A DNA stretch of 64,000 bases from an uncultured Rickettsiales bacterium (GTDB taxonomy: Bacteria; Pseudomonadota; Alphaproteobacteria; Rickettsiales; SXRF01). The number at the start of each line of letters is the position of its first letter. The first letter of the stretch is position 1. Of this stretch, positions 28,701 through 34,857 are shown one piece after another. The stretch is from contig CAYOOP010000001.1 of NCBI GenBank assembly GCA_964405685.1, positions 124,551 through 188,550 of the forward strand, written 5' to 3'. The notes under the pieces are model-generated. The model saw only the letters and a program-made list of their open reading frames with translations. It ran no database searches and had not been told where the DNA came from. A program made the translations under genes and the position numbers.

Positions 28701-30035
28701 AACATCGAGAACATCCTGGGCTCAGCGTATAACGATACGCTGATTGGGACGAGTGCTGCAAATACGCTCGATGGTGCAGCGGGGATTGATACGGTATCTT
28801 ACGCATCATCTACTGCAGCTGTGAATGTAAACCTGAACCTTGCAACCGCACAAACCGGTGGGGATGCCCAGGGCGATATTCTGAAGAATATCGAAAATAT
28901 TCTAGGTTCGGCGTACAACGATACGCTGACGAGTAATACAGCAGCAAATACACTCGATGGTGGCGCAGGTGTGGATACGGTTTCTTATGTTGGTTCTGCT
29001 GCGGGCGTAAGCGTAAATCTGAACCTTACTACGGTACAAGCGGGTAGTAATGCCGCAGGAGATATTCTCAAGAACATCGAAAATGTACTTGGCTCTAGTT
29101 ACAACGACAGCTTTGTAAGCAATGCAATTGCCAATACGTTTGATGGCGCGGCGGGTGTAGACACCGTTTCGTATGCAGGTTCTGCAACGGCTGTGAATGT
29201 GAATCTCGCGCTGACCACCACGCAGGCGGGCGGGAATGCTGCCGGGGATATTCTGAAGAATATCGAAAACCTCACTGGCTCTGCGTATAACGATACGCTC
29301 GCGGGTACGAGTGCGGCGAATACGATTGATGGCGGCGTAGGTATCGACACCATCTCTTACGCCAACTCCACGGCGGCCGTGAATGTGAACCTCGCGCTCA
29401 CCACCGCACAAGCAGGCGGCTTCGCACAAGGCGATATTCTAAGCAACATCGAGAACATCTTGGGTTCGGCGTATAACGATACGTTGATTGGTACGAGTGC
29501 CGCCAACACGCTAGATGGTGCGGCAGGTATAGACACCCTGTCTTATGCTAACTCCATCGCAGGCATCACGGTTAACCTTGGTGTGACCAGCGCCCAAACG
29601 GGCGGGTTTGCGGCAGGCGATATATTGCGGAATATCGAAAACATTAACGGTTCCAACTATAACGATACCATCACCGGCACCACGGCAAGCAACGTGATAT
29701 ACGGCGGCAATGGTGTTGATCGTCTAACCGGCGGCACAGGTGCGGATGTGTTTAAATACGATGCCACCGCCAACTCCGGCATTGGAGCAGGCCTGCGCGA
29801 CATCATCACCGACTTTAACATCGCACAGCTGGATAAGATTGACTTGAGCGCCTTTGCCGGCACATTCGCGTTCAAAGGCACGGCCGCCTTCGGTGGTGGT
29901 GGCCCGCAAGTCAACCACGCTTCCACCTCCGGCATCACCACCATTGGTGTCGATGCCAACGGCGATAACCTACTCGACTTCCAAATCGAACTCACCGGCA
30001 CCCACGCTCTTACAGCGACGGATTTTGTGTTATAG
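19728..30035 (+). CDS. Giant RTX (T1SS-substrate) protein: SLT/lysozyme-like N-terminus, FrpC-type self-processing module, RTX repeats, Ig/cadherin-like domain, S8 peptidase + P-domain, long Ca-binding repeats, serralysin-like C-terminus
   Basis: VKAIMYVE..PMNI..DPVINIRAG..LYN (SLT-like); IDPLVLDLNGNG..GWVGASDGFLVLDKNGDG (SPM); GGxGxD repeats; HATLVAGVI, FAAGN, GTSFATP (S8); DFQIELTG..LTATDFVL C-terminus. Confidence 0.9.
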   Translation: MTETLTDQRIDSIINNTPATFDVSANPNVDSHYGEWKALHSVGAIQVQNYTDIITQEAAAQGVSGDLVKAIMYVEFAQGALYGIPAQAAGVADSLYPMNIKGSIWQDLIPGGDFSDPVINIRAGVTLIKRITDRLDNPTVEEIATLYNSTGRELVSDYGARVKMVKDNQLWLDAQNYPSGYHAETASEYFGITSTIDNVWDSIKVFDNQLASTGQTFLQTIALNIRDSGGLGAALKNLFGANVSANPEVNAPTSSTNFFQISNSVGPNAGEQLDLSLTTDYLNGLAVSGGNWQINLPGSILNTNGLFNVAPSSFLTDGWRPGAGEMANYNLSGQINNATSIWNQAGYDLYNDTVGSFDAFATSALGRINNYVMDATNLLNIDPLVLDLNGNGVELKSYQDANVLFNMDADDYKEQTGWVGASDGFLVLDKNGDGVINDVSEMFSEYFTSGAKNGLAALATMDSNHDGVFSAGDAAYGQVRVWQDVNGNGQTDAGELTTLASRGITSISLNGTPGNGALIAGNEVQVTTTMVMNGTTRAVAAINLLANPNGHEWDLAAQGIMLHSEAGTASFSVSDVNGMTVNVAALGVSGAYGNAGNDTLVGDGTANWLGGGGGSDTFSGGAGNDVLIIDAQDVQANIDGGNGFDIVQVVGEDGVNFNLSQAHVELAYGGVGNDILVGGGTTSVFIAGGAGDDIIIGSGANDALSGNDGNDMADGGYGDDVIRGGRGDDLLIGGFGNDIMDGGLEDDVLQGGDGNDVFLSSGGSDTVDGGAGADIVQFTGSFSEYTRTTLTDGRIVMTDRVASRDGTVTMKNVEFFNFKDINNIGVSWDAPMPADDTVTINPTGTQTILASTLLANDVDYQNHTLRITGLTNTVGGTATLNGAGNVVFTPTAGFSGVMSFQYKIADSQNNPGLTATQPGTGLSAEMKGTVTLQTASLPTDPLFGAQWYLAEANILPVWKNYTGKGVTIGVFETDIFDYQHPDLAPNIATNHPNSIYRPEDIGSHATLVAGVIGAARNGQGGIGVAYDAKLAAQKFDLTTNSYGLQDFVHYDIVNNSWNATPAFSTNFATTPLAQDVLKNAAVNGRDGLGTIMVFAAGNDRAAGGDANGSDHNSSRFSIEVGAINRPGDVGALVTASTPFSNPGASILVSAPGSNITSTSQLLQNADGASFGGDYETVQGTSFATPIISGVAALMLEANPNLGYRDVQKILAYSAVSVNDPNTSWQTNGAVDWNGGGLHVSQDYGFGKVDALAAVRLAETWNTTQTAANEVASVKQSGTVHAAIPDGGSIMQMLNVSNSLQVEHVEVQLTLNHTQLGDLIITLIAPDGTQSVLLNRIDKALGSTDAADRGYGIINVPILLNSTHDFGQNSVGTWQLKITDAAGGQAGTLESWELRLYGQATTPNNTYIYTKEFATSTGSSRQTLNDSAGIDTINAAAITTATTINLTAGSNSTIAGRTLTIGSATTIENIYTGDGNDTITGNGTDNILNGGRGNDIINGGGGNDTITGGMGNDTLTGSTGADIFVINKESGASDIVTDFSAASGDIISVQGFESTYGFANLVRTQSGSNALVTLQNGQTIALNNVTASALTAANFNFGNVLLGTTGTDTLNGTSGDDIIKGISGADILNGAAGNDTIVAGANASTINGGDGNDILKGGAGNDVILGNNHNDTIYGNAGNDTITGDDGIDKIYGGDGNDTIDGGIGNDIIYGGNGVISDFNSTLNNESTESDTIHGGVGDDIIHGAGGNDLLYGDDGNDTIYAGNGGDTADGGNGNDTLYGGIGGDTINGGAGNDSIHGEYAVTDTVGSDDVIHGDDGNDIIAGGGGNDVIYGDAGDDDITGGLGNDTIYGGTGNENYMWGDTGIAGNPTGSDRFVITPRYQANTDVIWDFDNSDQNERVDLSAFNLTTGDFNSRIWVVSGVNYTVPDSNGVVQTYTATDIFIRDTAGSINFSTVFSDPHFQVVTLINVSTLYAYQLLLTTHDGPYWGTTAVNSITGSDDNDIIYGSDGDDTLLGRYGQDRLYGGAGNDTLVGSYGVDVLDGGAGNNWADFSDSFAGVVVNLTSAVQNAGTSIANAAYGDTLINLQNVYGSQANDSITGDANDNILDGLTGADTLNGGAGKDTAEYTYSASAVTVNLTTNVNSGGDAQGDVLSNIENLIGSNFNDTLTGTSANNTIEGGAGADTINGGAGIDTASYAGSTAGITVNLTLTTMQSGGDAQGDMLSGIEHIIGSSFNDTLTALAAGSTLDGGVGSDTLNGGAGNDTLIGGAGADTMNGSGSVDTISYASSSAGINVNLALTTAQSGGDAQGDILSSIENLIGSAFDDALAGSSAANTINGGARNDTISYSNSTAAVNVNLDLTTAQSGGFAAGDILSNIENVIGSNFNDTLTGTAAANNINGGTGIDIISYANSAAAVNVNLTLTTAQASGYAQGDILSNIENLTGSNFNDILTGSAVANTINGGAGNDTLDGGNGNDTLTGGTGADVFILQKEANARDVITDFSISTSGEKISLLGFTAAINFTNLAISQQGADAVITLENGQTLTLSNVTASTLTAASFGESGALIGTAGDDILTGTSGNDTMQGLDGNDIITGRAGADTLDGGAGVDTLSYSDSASAVNVNLATGAASGGDAQGDVITNFENLTGSGYNDTLVGSMVANMINGGAGVDLVSYLDSTAGVSVNLGLATVQSGGSAAGDMLSNIENLTGSNYSDTLTGNAVDNIINGGAGNDNINGAAGNDTINGGDGDDILNGGTGADNLTGGNGIDTASYSASAAAVTINLTTNVNTGGDAQGDLLYTIENLTGSAYNDIITGSAANNVLLGGAGADTLDGAGGMDTVSYTGSNAAVVIDLGLATAQSGGHAAGDILKNIENILGSAYNDTLNGTSAANTLDGASGVDVVSYAGSNAAINVNLALTGAQTGGHAQGDILSNVEGLIGSNYNDTLGGSSAVNVLDGGVGVDTVSYANSSAAVTVNLTLTTAQTGGFAQGDILKNIENILGSAYNDTLIGTSAANTLDGAAGIDTVSYASSTAAVNVNLNLATAQTGGDAQGDILKNIENILGSAYNDTLTSNTAANTLDGGAGVDTVSYVGSAAGVSVNLNLTTVQAGSNAAGDILKNIENVLGSSYNDSFVSNAIANTFDGAAGVDTVSYAGSATAVNVNLALTTTQAGGNAAGDILKNIENLTGSAYNDTLAGTSAANTIDGGVGIDTISYANSTAAVNVNLALTTAQAGGFAQGDILSNIENILGSAYNDTLIGTSAANTLDGAAGIDTLSYANSIAGITVNLGVTSAQTGGFAAGDILRNIENINGSNYNDTITGTTASNVIYGGNGVDRLTGGTGADVFKYDATANSGIGAGLRDIITDFNIAQLDKIDLSAFAGTFAFKGTAAFGGGGPQVNHASTSGITTIGVDANGDNLLDFQIELTGTHALTATDFVL
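28131..29700 (+). repeat. Tandem 186-bp (62-aa) intragenic repeats
   Basis: Unit-start GAT codons at 28689, 28875 and 29061 are 186 bp apart; unit DILKNIENILGSAYNDTL..DGAAGIDTVSY..VNVNL..AQ.GG.AQG; array ends approximate. Confidence 0.85.
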
Positions 30036-30141
30036 GGTTCTGTGCGGGAAGAATAATATCCAGCGTGCCTATGGCTGTAAGCAGGCGGTAAGCGCCCAGG
30101 ATTTGGCGGGATTCGGCGCGGATGAGATTGACGCGGGCGGT

Positions 30142-31023
30142 GTACATCTCGTCACGCAGCGCCAGGCACAGCTCGGAAAACTCAAAACACTCAAACAACG
30201 CGTGGAGCAATTGCGCGAGGAAATTATCGGGCTGGAAGCGCAAGTGCGCAGTGCTGAGGGGCAGCTTGCACTGACCGATGAAGAAATAGCCTCTGTGCAA
30301 GCATTGCTGCAAGAAGGGCTGGCGACCAAGCCACGCCTACTCGCACTCCAGCGCCAATCGGAAGAATTGCGCGGTCAGCACGGACAAACACTCGCCTCTA
30401 TCGCCAAAGCAAAGCAGGCAATTACCGAATCGGAATTGCAAGTGATCAATCAGGAAAATGATTTTGCGACTTCTATTGCTGCCGAGCTGCGCGAGATTCG
30501 CACCAAAATCGCTGACTATGAAGAGAAATTGCGCGTGGCTTCGGATGTGATGGCACGCACCACCGTGCTTGCGCCAACCGAAGGCATCGTCACAGGCCTG
30601 AAATTTCATACCATTGGTGGGGTGGTGCCGCCGGGCGCTACAATTATGGACATTGTGCCACAGAGCGATATGCTTGTACTCGATGTACGCATTCAACCAA
30701 CCGATATTGATGTGGTGAAACCCGGTCTTGAAGCGAAGGTAGTATTTTCAGCCTACAAAGCTCGCCGCATGCCGCTGGTTATGGGAAAAGTCACGCAAGT
30801 GTCGCCGGATGCATTTATCGAGCAGCAAGGCATTCAACCCGTTTCCTACTACACCGCGCGTGTAGAAGTGGATGGTGAACAAACCCGCGCGCTCGGAAGC
30901 GCTGTTACGCTTACCCCCGGCATACCTGCGGATGTCTTCATCCGCACCGGCAGCCGATCCTTCCTCGGCTATCTCCTCGCCCCACTGACCGAAAGCATGG
31001 ACCGCGCATTTAAGGAAGAATAG
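30142..31023 (+). pseudogene. 5'-truncated HlyD-family T1SS periplasmic adaptor
   Basis: Coiled coil plus VLAPTEGIVTGLKFHTIGGVVPPG, IQPTDID.V.PG, LTPGIPADVFIRTGSRSFLGYLLAP; no N-terminal TM segment and no plausible start codon; start coordinate approximate. Confidence 0.82.
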
Positions 31024-31127
31024 CCCGGAGCACCGCTCGCTCTTGAACTCCACCACACACCATTTTTTGCGGATATAGATTAGCGTGCCGCTCTTCGAAA
31101 GGGGCTAGTCTAGATAAGCACAACGAA

Positions 31128-31187
31128 TTAGCACTTCAAAATGTTGACTGGGGAAGAGCCTGTTTAGTGAATTCGCTCTCAGCATGC
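31128..31187 (-). repeat. att-like repeat copy B
   Basis: ttagcacttcaaaatgttgactg-ggaagagcctgtttagtgaattcgctctcagcatgcc; near-identical to copy A. Confidence 0.9.
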
Positions 31188-31252
31188 CAAGAAAAATGGG
31201 CAGAAATACATTTCTGCGACATTCGGGGCAGTGTGAGCCTCAAGTGGGCTAA

Positions 31253-31804
31253 TTAAGAGCCACTTTTTAGTTTTTTTGCGATACATTTTTTCATGCATTG
31301 CTTGTGTGCTTCTTCCTTTTTCTTTTTTGCTTCTTCAGCTTGTTGCTGTTTCTGTTCCTCGGTTGGTTTGTCTTTGTCAGATGCAGAAAATGGATTGGGA
31401 GGTGTTAACGGCTGTTTGCCACCACTATCTGACTTAGGTAGGTTCGAGGAACCGAAACAGACAAAGGTAGCACAATATGATTGTGCGCTTTCGTAGTTTT
31501 CCTTATCTTTTTTTTGCTGGCCGAAATTTTTTGCCAGCGGGTCCTTCGGTTTGTCTGATCCGTGATTTTTCAGCGCATCTTTATTCTCTTTGGCAAAATC
31601 GGTGATCTCAGCGTTACGTTTTTGCTCTTTTGCGTCTTGCAAGTCTTTCTTAAAGCCTGCTTCGCCCGTGTTGGGATTGATAGATTTGTTGGCTACGGCA
31701 GGGCGCTGGCTATCTGCATCAGCCGTACGAGGTGCTCCGAGTTGGGCGTGGGCAGCGGTAGCAAGTGCTACAGATAGAATGATTGATGAAACAGGACGTA
31801 TCAT
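31253..31804 (-). CDS. Secreted Lys/Gln-rich protein with paired-Cys motifs (paralog 4)
   Basis: Signal peptide ending AHA-QLG; NPNTGEAGFKKDLQDAK; CATFVC...CMKKC. Confidence 0.8.
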   Translation of the reverse strand: MIRPVSSIILSVALATAAHAQLGAPRTADADSQRPAVANKSINPNTGEAGFKKDLQDAKEQKRNAEITDFAKENKDALKNHGSDKPKDPLAKNFGQQKKDKENYESAQSYCATFVCFGSSNLPKSDSGGKQPLTPPNPFSASDKDKPTEEQKQQQAEEAKKKKEEAHKQCMKKCIAKKLKSGS

Positions 31805-31819
31805 AAAGTTGCTCCTGTC

Positions 31820-32419
31820 TTATGGTTTATCAGTGCTCGAAGATTTATCTGAATCTTGCTGCAATTCTTCCGAGGTTTTTTCAATGCCAGCACCCACGCC
31901 TTGTGCGCCGCCCTTTGCAATGCATTCATCCACGCACTGCTTGATTTCTTCAGGGGTTTTCGTTTTCTGGCTGCCGACCGAAGGGTGATAGGTTCCTCCT
32001 CCGACTGAACCACCAAACGGTGTCTTCACAGGATCTTGGTGAATGCCACCAGCGGGGGGCATTCCAGAAGGATTGCAAAAATTGGTGCAAAACTTCTTAG
32101 TGCTCGCCTGTTTCTTTGCTGCTAATTGTCCGCCATCATCAACACCTGATTTCGGTTTTTGGTCGTCCGATCCAGGCAAGGCTTTTTTGCCCAGTTGCTT
32201 GGCCTCTCCAGAACCTTCAGCAATGTCAGCCGCGCGTTTTTGATCTTTTGCATCTTGCAAATTTTTTTTGAAACCTGCTTCACCTGTGTTTGGATTCATG
32301 GATTTGCCGTTTACCGCGCGGGCGGTGTCCTCTGCGCTTCGGCCGATTTGTGCAGTGGCAGGAAGCGCCAGCAGCGATGCCGCGACGGTAGCAAGTAAAA
32401 TAATATGCAAACGTGACAT
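31820..32419 (-). CDS. Secreted protein with twin CX3C motifs (paralog 3)
   Basis: Signal peptide ending ATA-QIG; NPNTGEAGFKKNLQDAK; CTNFC...CVDEC. Confidence 0.8.
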   Translation of the reverse strand: MSRLHIILLATVAASLLALPATAQIGRSAEDTARAVNGKSMNPNTGEAGFKKNLQDAKDQKRAADIAEGSGEAKQLGKKALPGSDDQKPKSGVDDGGQLAAKKQASTKKFCTNFCNPSGMPPAGGIHQDPVKTPFGGSVGGGTYHPSVGSQKTKTPEEIKQCVDECIAKGGAQGVGAGIEKTSEELQQDSDKSSSTDKP

Positions 32420-32438
32420 GAGGTGGTTCCTTTCCTTG

Positions 32439-33059
32439 TTATTTAGGACATTTGGTGAGGCAGGCTTCGTATTGCTGTTTTTTCATTTCCGCATCTGGGT
32501 CAGATTTGGAGGGTTCAAGCGGCGATTTTAGGCTGTTATCTATTGCCGATTTCAAAGGATTCTTCGGATAGTATTTATTCTTGCACTTGGCCTCGCACTT
32601 GGCTTTGGATAGCTCCAAACCGCCTTCGCTTATACCCGCTTGCGTGTTTTGCTCTGCCGCAAGGTTACCAGACTTCGCTGCTTCTGAAGGAGGTAGTTTC
32701 GTTGTGGATTTGCCAGTTCTTTTTGCGTCCACAGGCCTTACGTCATCCAATTTGAGGCTGCCATCTTTCACCTCAATCGTAGAGCCGCCGTCTTGTTTAA
32801 ACTTGCTGCCACCTTCTACCTTGAAGCCGCTTCCTTCCTGCTTGAACTCACTGCCATTATGGAACGTAGGGCCTTTATCAGTTTTGAGTTCGCTACCGCC
32901 AACCACTTTTGGGCCTTCATCGGTTTTGAACTCGCTTGATTCAAAGGTAACCTTTGGCGAGTTATTGTTACGATTCTGCGAAGCGCCAATTTGCGCGTCG
33001 GCACTGAAAGTCATAAGTGCAAGAGCAGCACTAGTAAGAAGTGTGGAGTGAAGGGTCAT
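32439..33059 (-). CDS. Secreted protein with GSEFK-like repeats and twin CX3C motifs (paralog 2)
   Basis: Signal peptide ending ADA-QIG; repeated (S/G)SE(F/L)K(T/Q)(D/E); CEAKC...CLTKC. Confidence 0.8.
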   Translation of the reverse strand: MTLHSTLLTSAALALMTFSADAQIGASQNRNNNSPKVTFESSEFKTDEGPKVVGGSELKTDKGPTFHNGSEFKQEGSGFKVEGGSKFKQDGGSTIEVKDGSLKLDDVRPVDAKRTGKSTTKLPPSEAAKSGNLAAEQNTQAGISEGGLELSKAKCEAKCKNKYYPKNPLKSAIDNSLKSPLEPSKSDPDAEMKKQQYEACLTKCPK

Positions 33060-33075
33060 GGTATTCTCCTAAACA

Positions 33076-33612
33076 TTATTTCTCGCAGCCTTGTTTGCAG
33101 GCTTCGTATTTTTCTTTGACCTTTTTGTACTGCTCATAAATTTCTGGCTTGCAGATGGCATTGGGGCCTGAATTACACATGCCACTAAATTTAGCCACGC
33201 TTACTTTGAAAGTCGTAGTGCAAGAAGACAAGCAGGATTTCTTTTTCTTCTCTTTTTCCTCTGCCGCTTTTTTGGCTGCAGCGGCATCTTTTTTATCCTG
33301 CGTATATTTAGCGCCTTGCTTTTGCAGATTGTCATCCTGCTTTGGGGCCTCTAACCCCGGCGCAGATTTCTCTGCCTGCTCTTTTGCTTTATTCGCTGCA
33401 TCTATGGTACGCGCATCCTGCACTTCTTTTTTGAGTTGGTCATTGCCCTGCGGGCCTTTGGAGGCGTTCGGTTTGACAATTTCAATCTGCGCCGGGGATA
33501 TACCCATTTTGCTGACACCATCATTTGTATGCTGTATGCCGATCTGAGCATGAGCACCACTTGCCAGAAAAGCGGCCGCAAAAAACACTAAACAGTAGAA
33601 TGATTTTAACAT
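33076..33612 (-). CDS. Secreted protein with twin CX3C motifs (paralog 1)
   Basis: Signal peptide ending AHA-QIG; CLSSC...C..C...CKQGC. Confidence 0.8.
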   Translation of the reverse strand: MLKSFYCLVFFAAAFLASGAHAQIGIQHTNDGVSKMGISPAQIEIVKPNASKGPQGNDQLKKEVQDARTIDAANKAKEQAEKSAPGLEAPKQDDNLQKQGAKYTQDKKDAAAAKKAAEEKEKKKKSCLSSCTTTFKVSVAKFSGMCNSGPNAICKPEIYEQYKKVKEKYEACKQGCEK

Positions 33613-33644
33613 AAAGGTTCCTTTGCATATCGAAGCAAGTACGA

Positions 33645-33911
33645 TTACTGCCCCTGGGTTTGGAAAATAATTGCTTTATCTGTTTTCTTAGAAGTTTGGC
33701 TTCCACCAGAAATTTCTTCTTCACCCTTATTCTGGAAAATAATGGCCTTATCCGTTTTTTTATTTGCTGGATTTTTTGCCTTTTCAGCATGCACAGATTT
33801 TGGCGCGGGAATCTTTGCCGATTCAGAATCGATTGTTTTTGCAAGCGATACTTGCGCGGAAAAAGCCAGCGCAGATATCACAGTACATAGAATTAGCTGA
33901 TAATGCTTCAT
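33645..33911 (-). CDS. Small secreted protein with duplicated KKTDKAIIFQ motif
   Basis: RBS gggagg, signal peptide, exact 10-aa duplication. Confidence 0.72.
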   Translation of the reverse strand: MKHYQLILCTVISALAFSAQVSLAKTIDSESAKIPAPKSVHAEKAKNPANKKTDKAIIFQNKGEEEISGGSQTSKKTDKAIIFQTQGQ

Positions 33912-34008
33912 AAAACCTCCCGTTTTATGATTTACTCTCCGTGACCCTACTCCCGTGCAGATAGCGACTCAAATTAAATTTTCATTACAGTTTTGTAATA
34001 TAGGACAA

Positions 34009-34857
34009 TTACTTAAGTCCACCACCTTTTTTTGCAGAAATCTTGGGTTCAAAGGGCTTTTCGTACGCACCATCGCCGGTTTCGGTAACAAAATAATCAA
34101 TGGTGGGTAGTGTCTCATCGGTCGCAGGGGCAAGCATGCGCAGGCGCACGCGGTAGCGACCAAGAGTACCAGTTGGTAACTCTGGGCTTACCAATGTAAG
34201 CTGGTTATTTGCGCCGACAGGACGGGTGACATTTTTCAGTGGACGATAGAGCGGCTGATCCAACCCGCCAAAATTATCCGCTACTTCCCATACGGCACGC
34301 AGCACACCGGAGCCTGATACATTGACTTCTGCGCGCGCGCGAAGCGCTTCTTTTTGTGCTATGGCGCGGTAATCCGTACCGTCCTCAAAAGTCAGCGTTT
34401 GGCTGGCAAGGCCAGGCTGCCCAGCGGTTCCGCCGGTAATGGTAATGGTGACTTCATCACTATTGGCAAACACCCCGTCATCGGCAAAGAAGCGTTCATA
34501 CTCAAGCACTGCCCCTTGACGCTGTGCCGCTAACACTACATGGCGTGGTACGGTCACATTTTCTACAATATTGACTACTCCAACCAATCCATTGGGAATA
34601 GAGCGTGTAATGGTACGGGTAGTAGCGGTGGTAGGCGCGCCAGCAATCTTGAACGTACCTGCTTGTCCAATCATCGTACCCGTACCCGCGAAAGGGGTAT
34701 GAGTCACCTGCCATGTGACTACAAATGTCGAATTACCAGAAACGCTCGCCTCACGCGTGGTAGGATTGACTGATACACCAGTTACTGTTGCAAAAGCGGC
34801 ATAAGGCAGGAAGAGAGCTATGAGCAAAGGAAGCGTTTTCATAATATTACCATCCAA
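34009..34857 (-). CDS. Exported beta-rich (Ig-like) hypothetical protein
   Basis: Signal peptide (LPLLIALFLPYAAFA); Thr/Val-rich alternating strands; overlaps stop of upstream gene; true start may be the second Met. Confidence 0.7.
   Translation of the reverse strand: MDGNIMKTLPLLIALFLPYAAFATVTGVSVNPTTREASVSGNSTFVVTWQVTHTPFAGTGTMIGQAGTFKIAGAPTTATTRTITRSIPNGLVGVVNIVENVTVPRHVVLAAQRQGAVLEYERFFADDGVFANSDEVTITITGGTAGQPGLASQTLTFEDGTDYRAIAQKEALRARAEVNVSGSGVLRAVWEVADNFGGLDQPLYRPLKNVTRPVGANNQLTLVSPELPTGTLGRYRVRLRMLAPATDETLPTIDYFVTETGDGAYEKPFEPKISAKKGGGLK

Larger units (their letters stand above)
18341..31150. mobile_element. att-bounded island 3 (about 12.8 kb): RTX toxin/protease, candidate immunity genes, truncated HlyD
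   Basis: Bounded by att-like copies A and B; AT-rich left part; no integrase seen. Confidence 0.7.

Noticed and set aside
21152-30001. Ser/Pro/Val-rich minus-strand ORFs opposite the RTX gene
   Set aside because: Predictable antisense reading of Gly/Asp/Thr repeats.
29854-30141. N-terminal 96 aa of track ORF 29854-31023 as part of HlyD
   Set aside because: Overlaps the RTX C-terminus in another frame and has no TM segment or HlyD similarity; treated as read-through upstream of a truncated gene.
31253-33612. True homology of the CX3C proteins to mitochondrial small Tim chaperones
   Set aside because: Inter-motif spacing (about 40-53 aa) is much longer, and CX3C pairs arise convergently in helical hairpins; kept only as a structural analogy.
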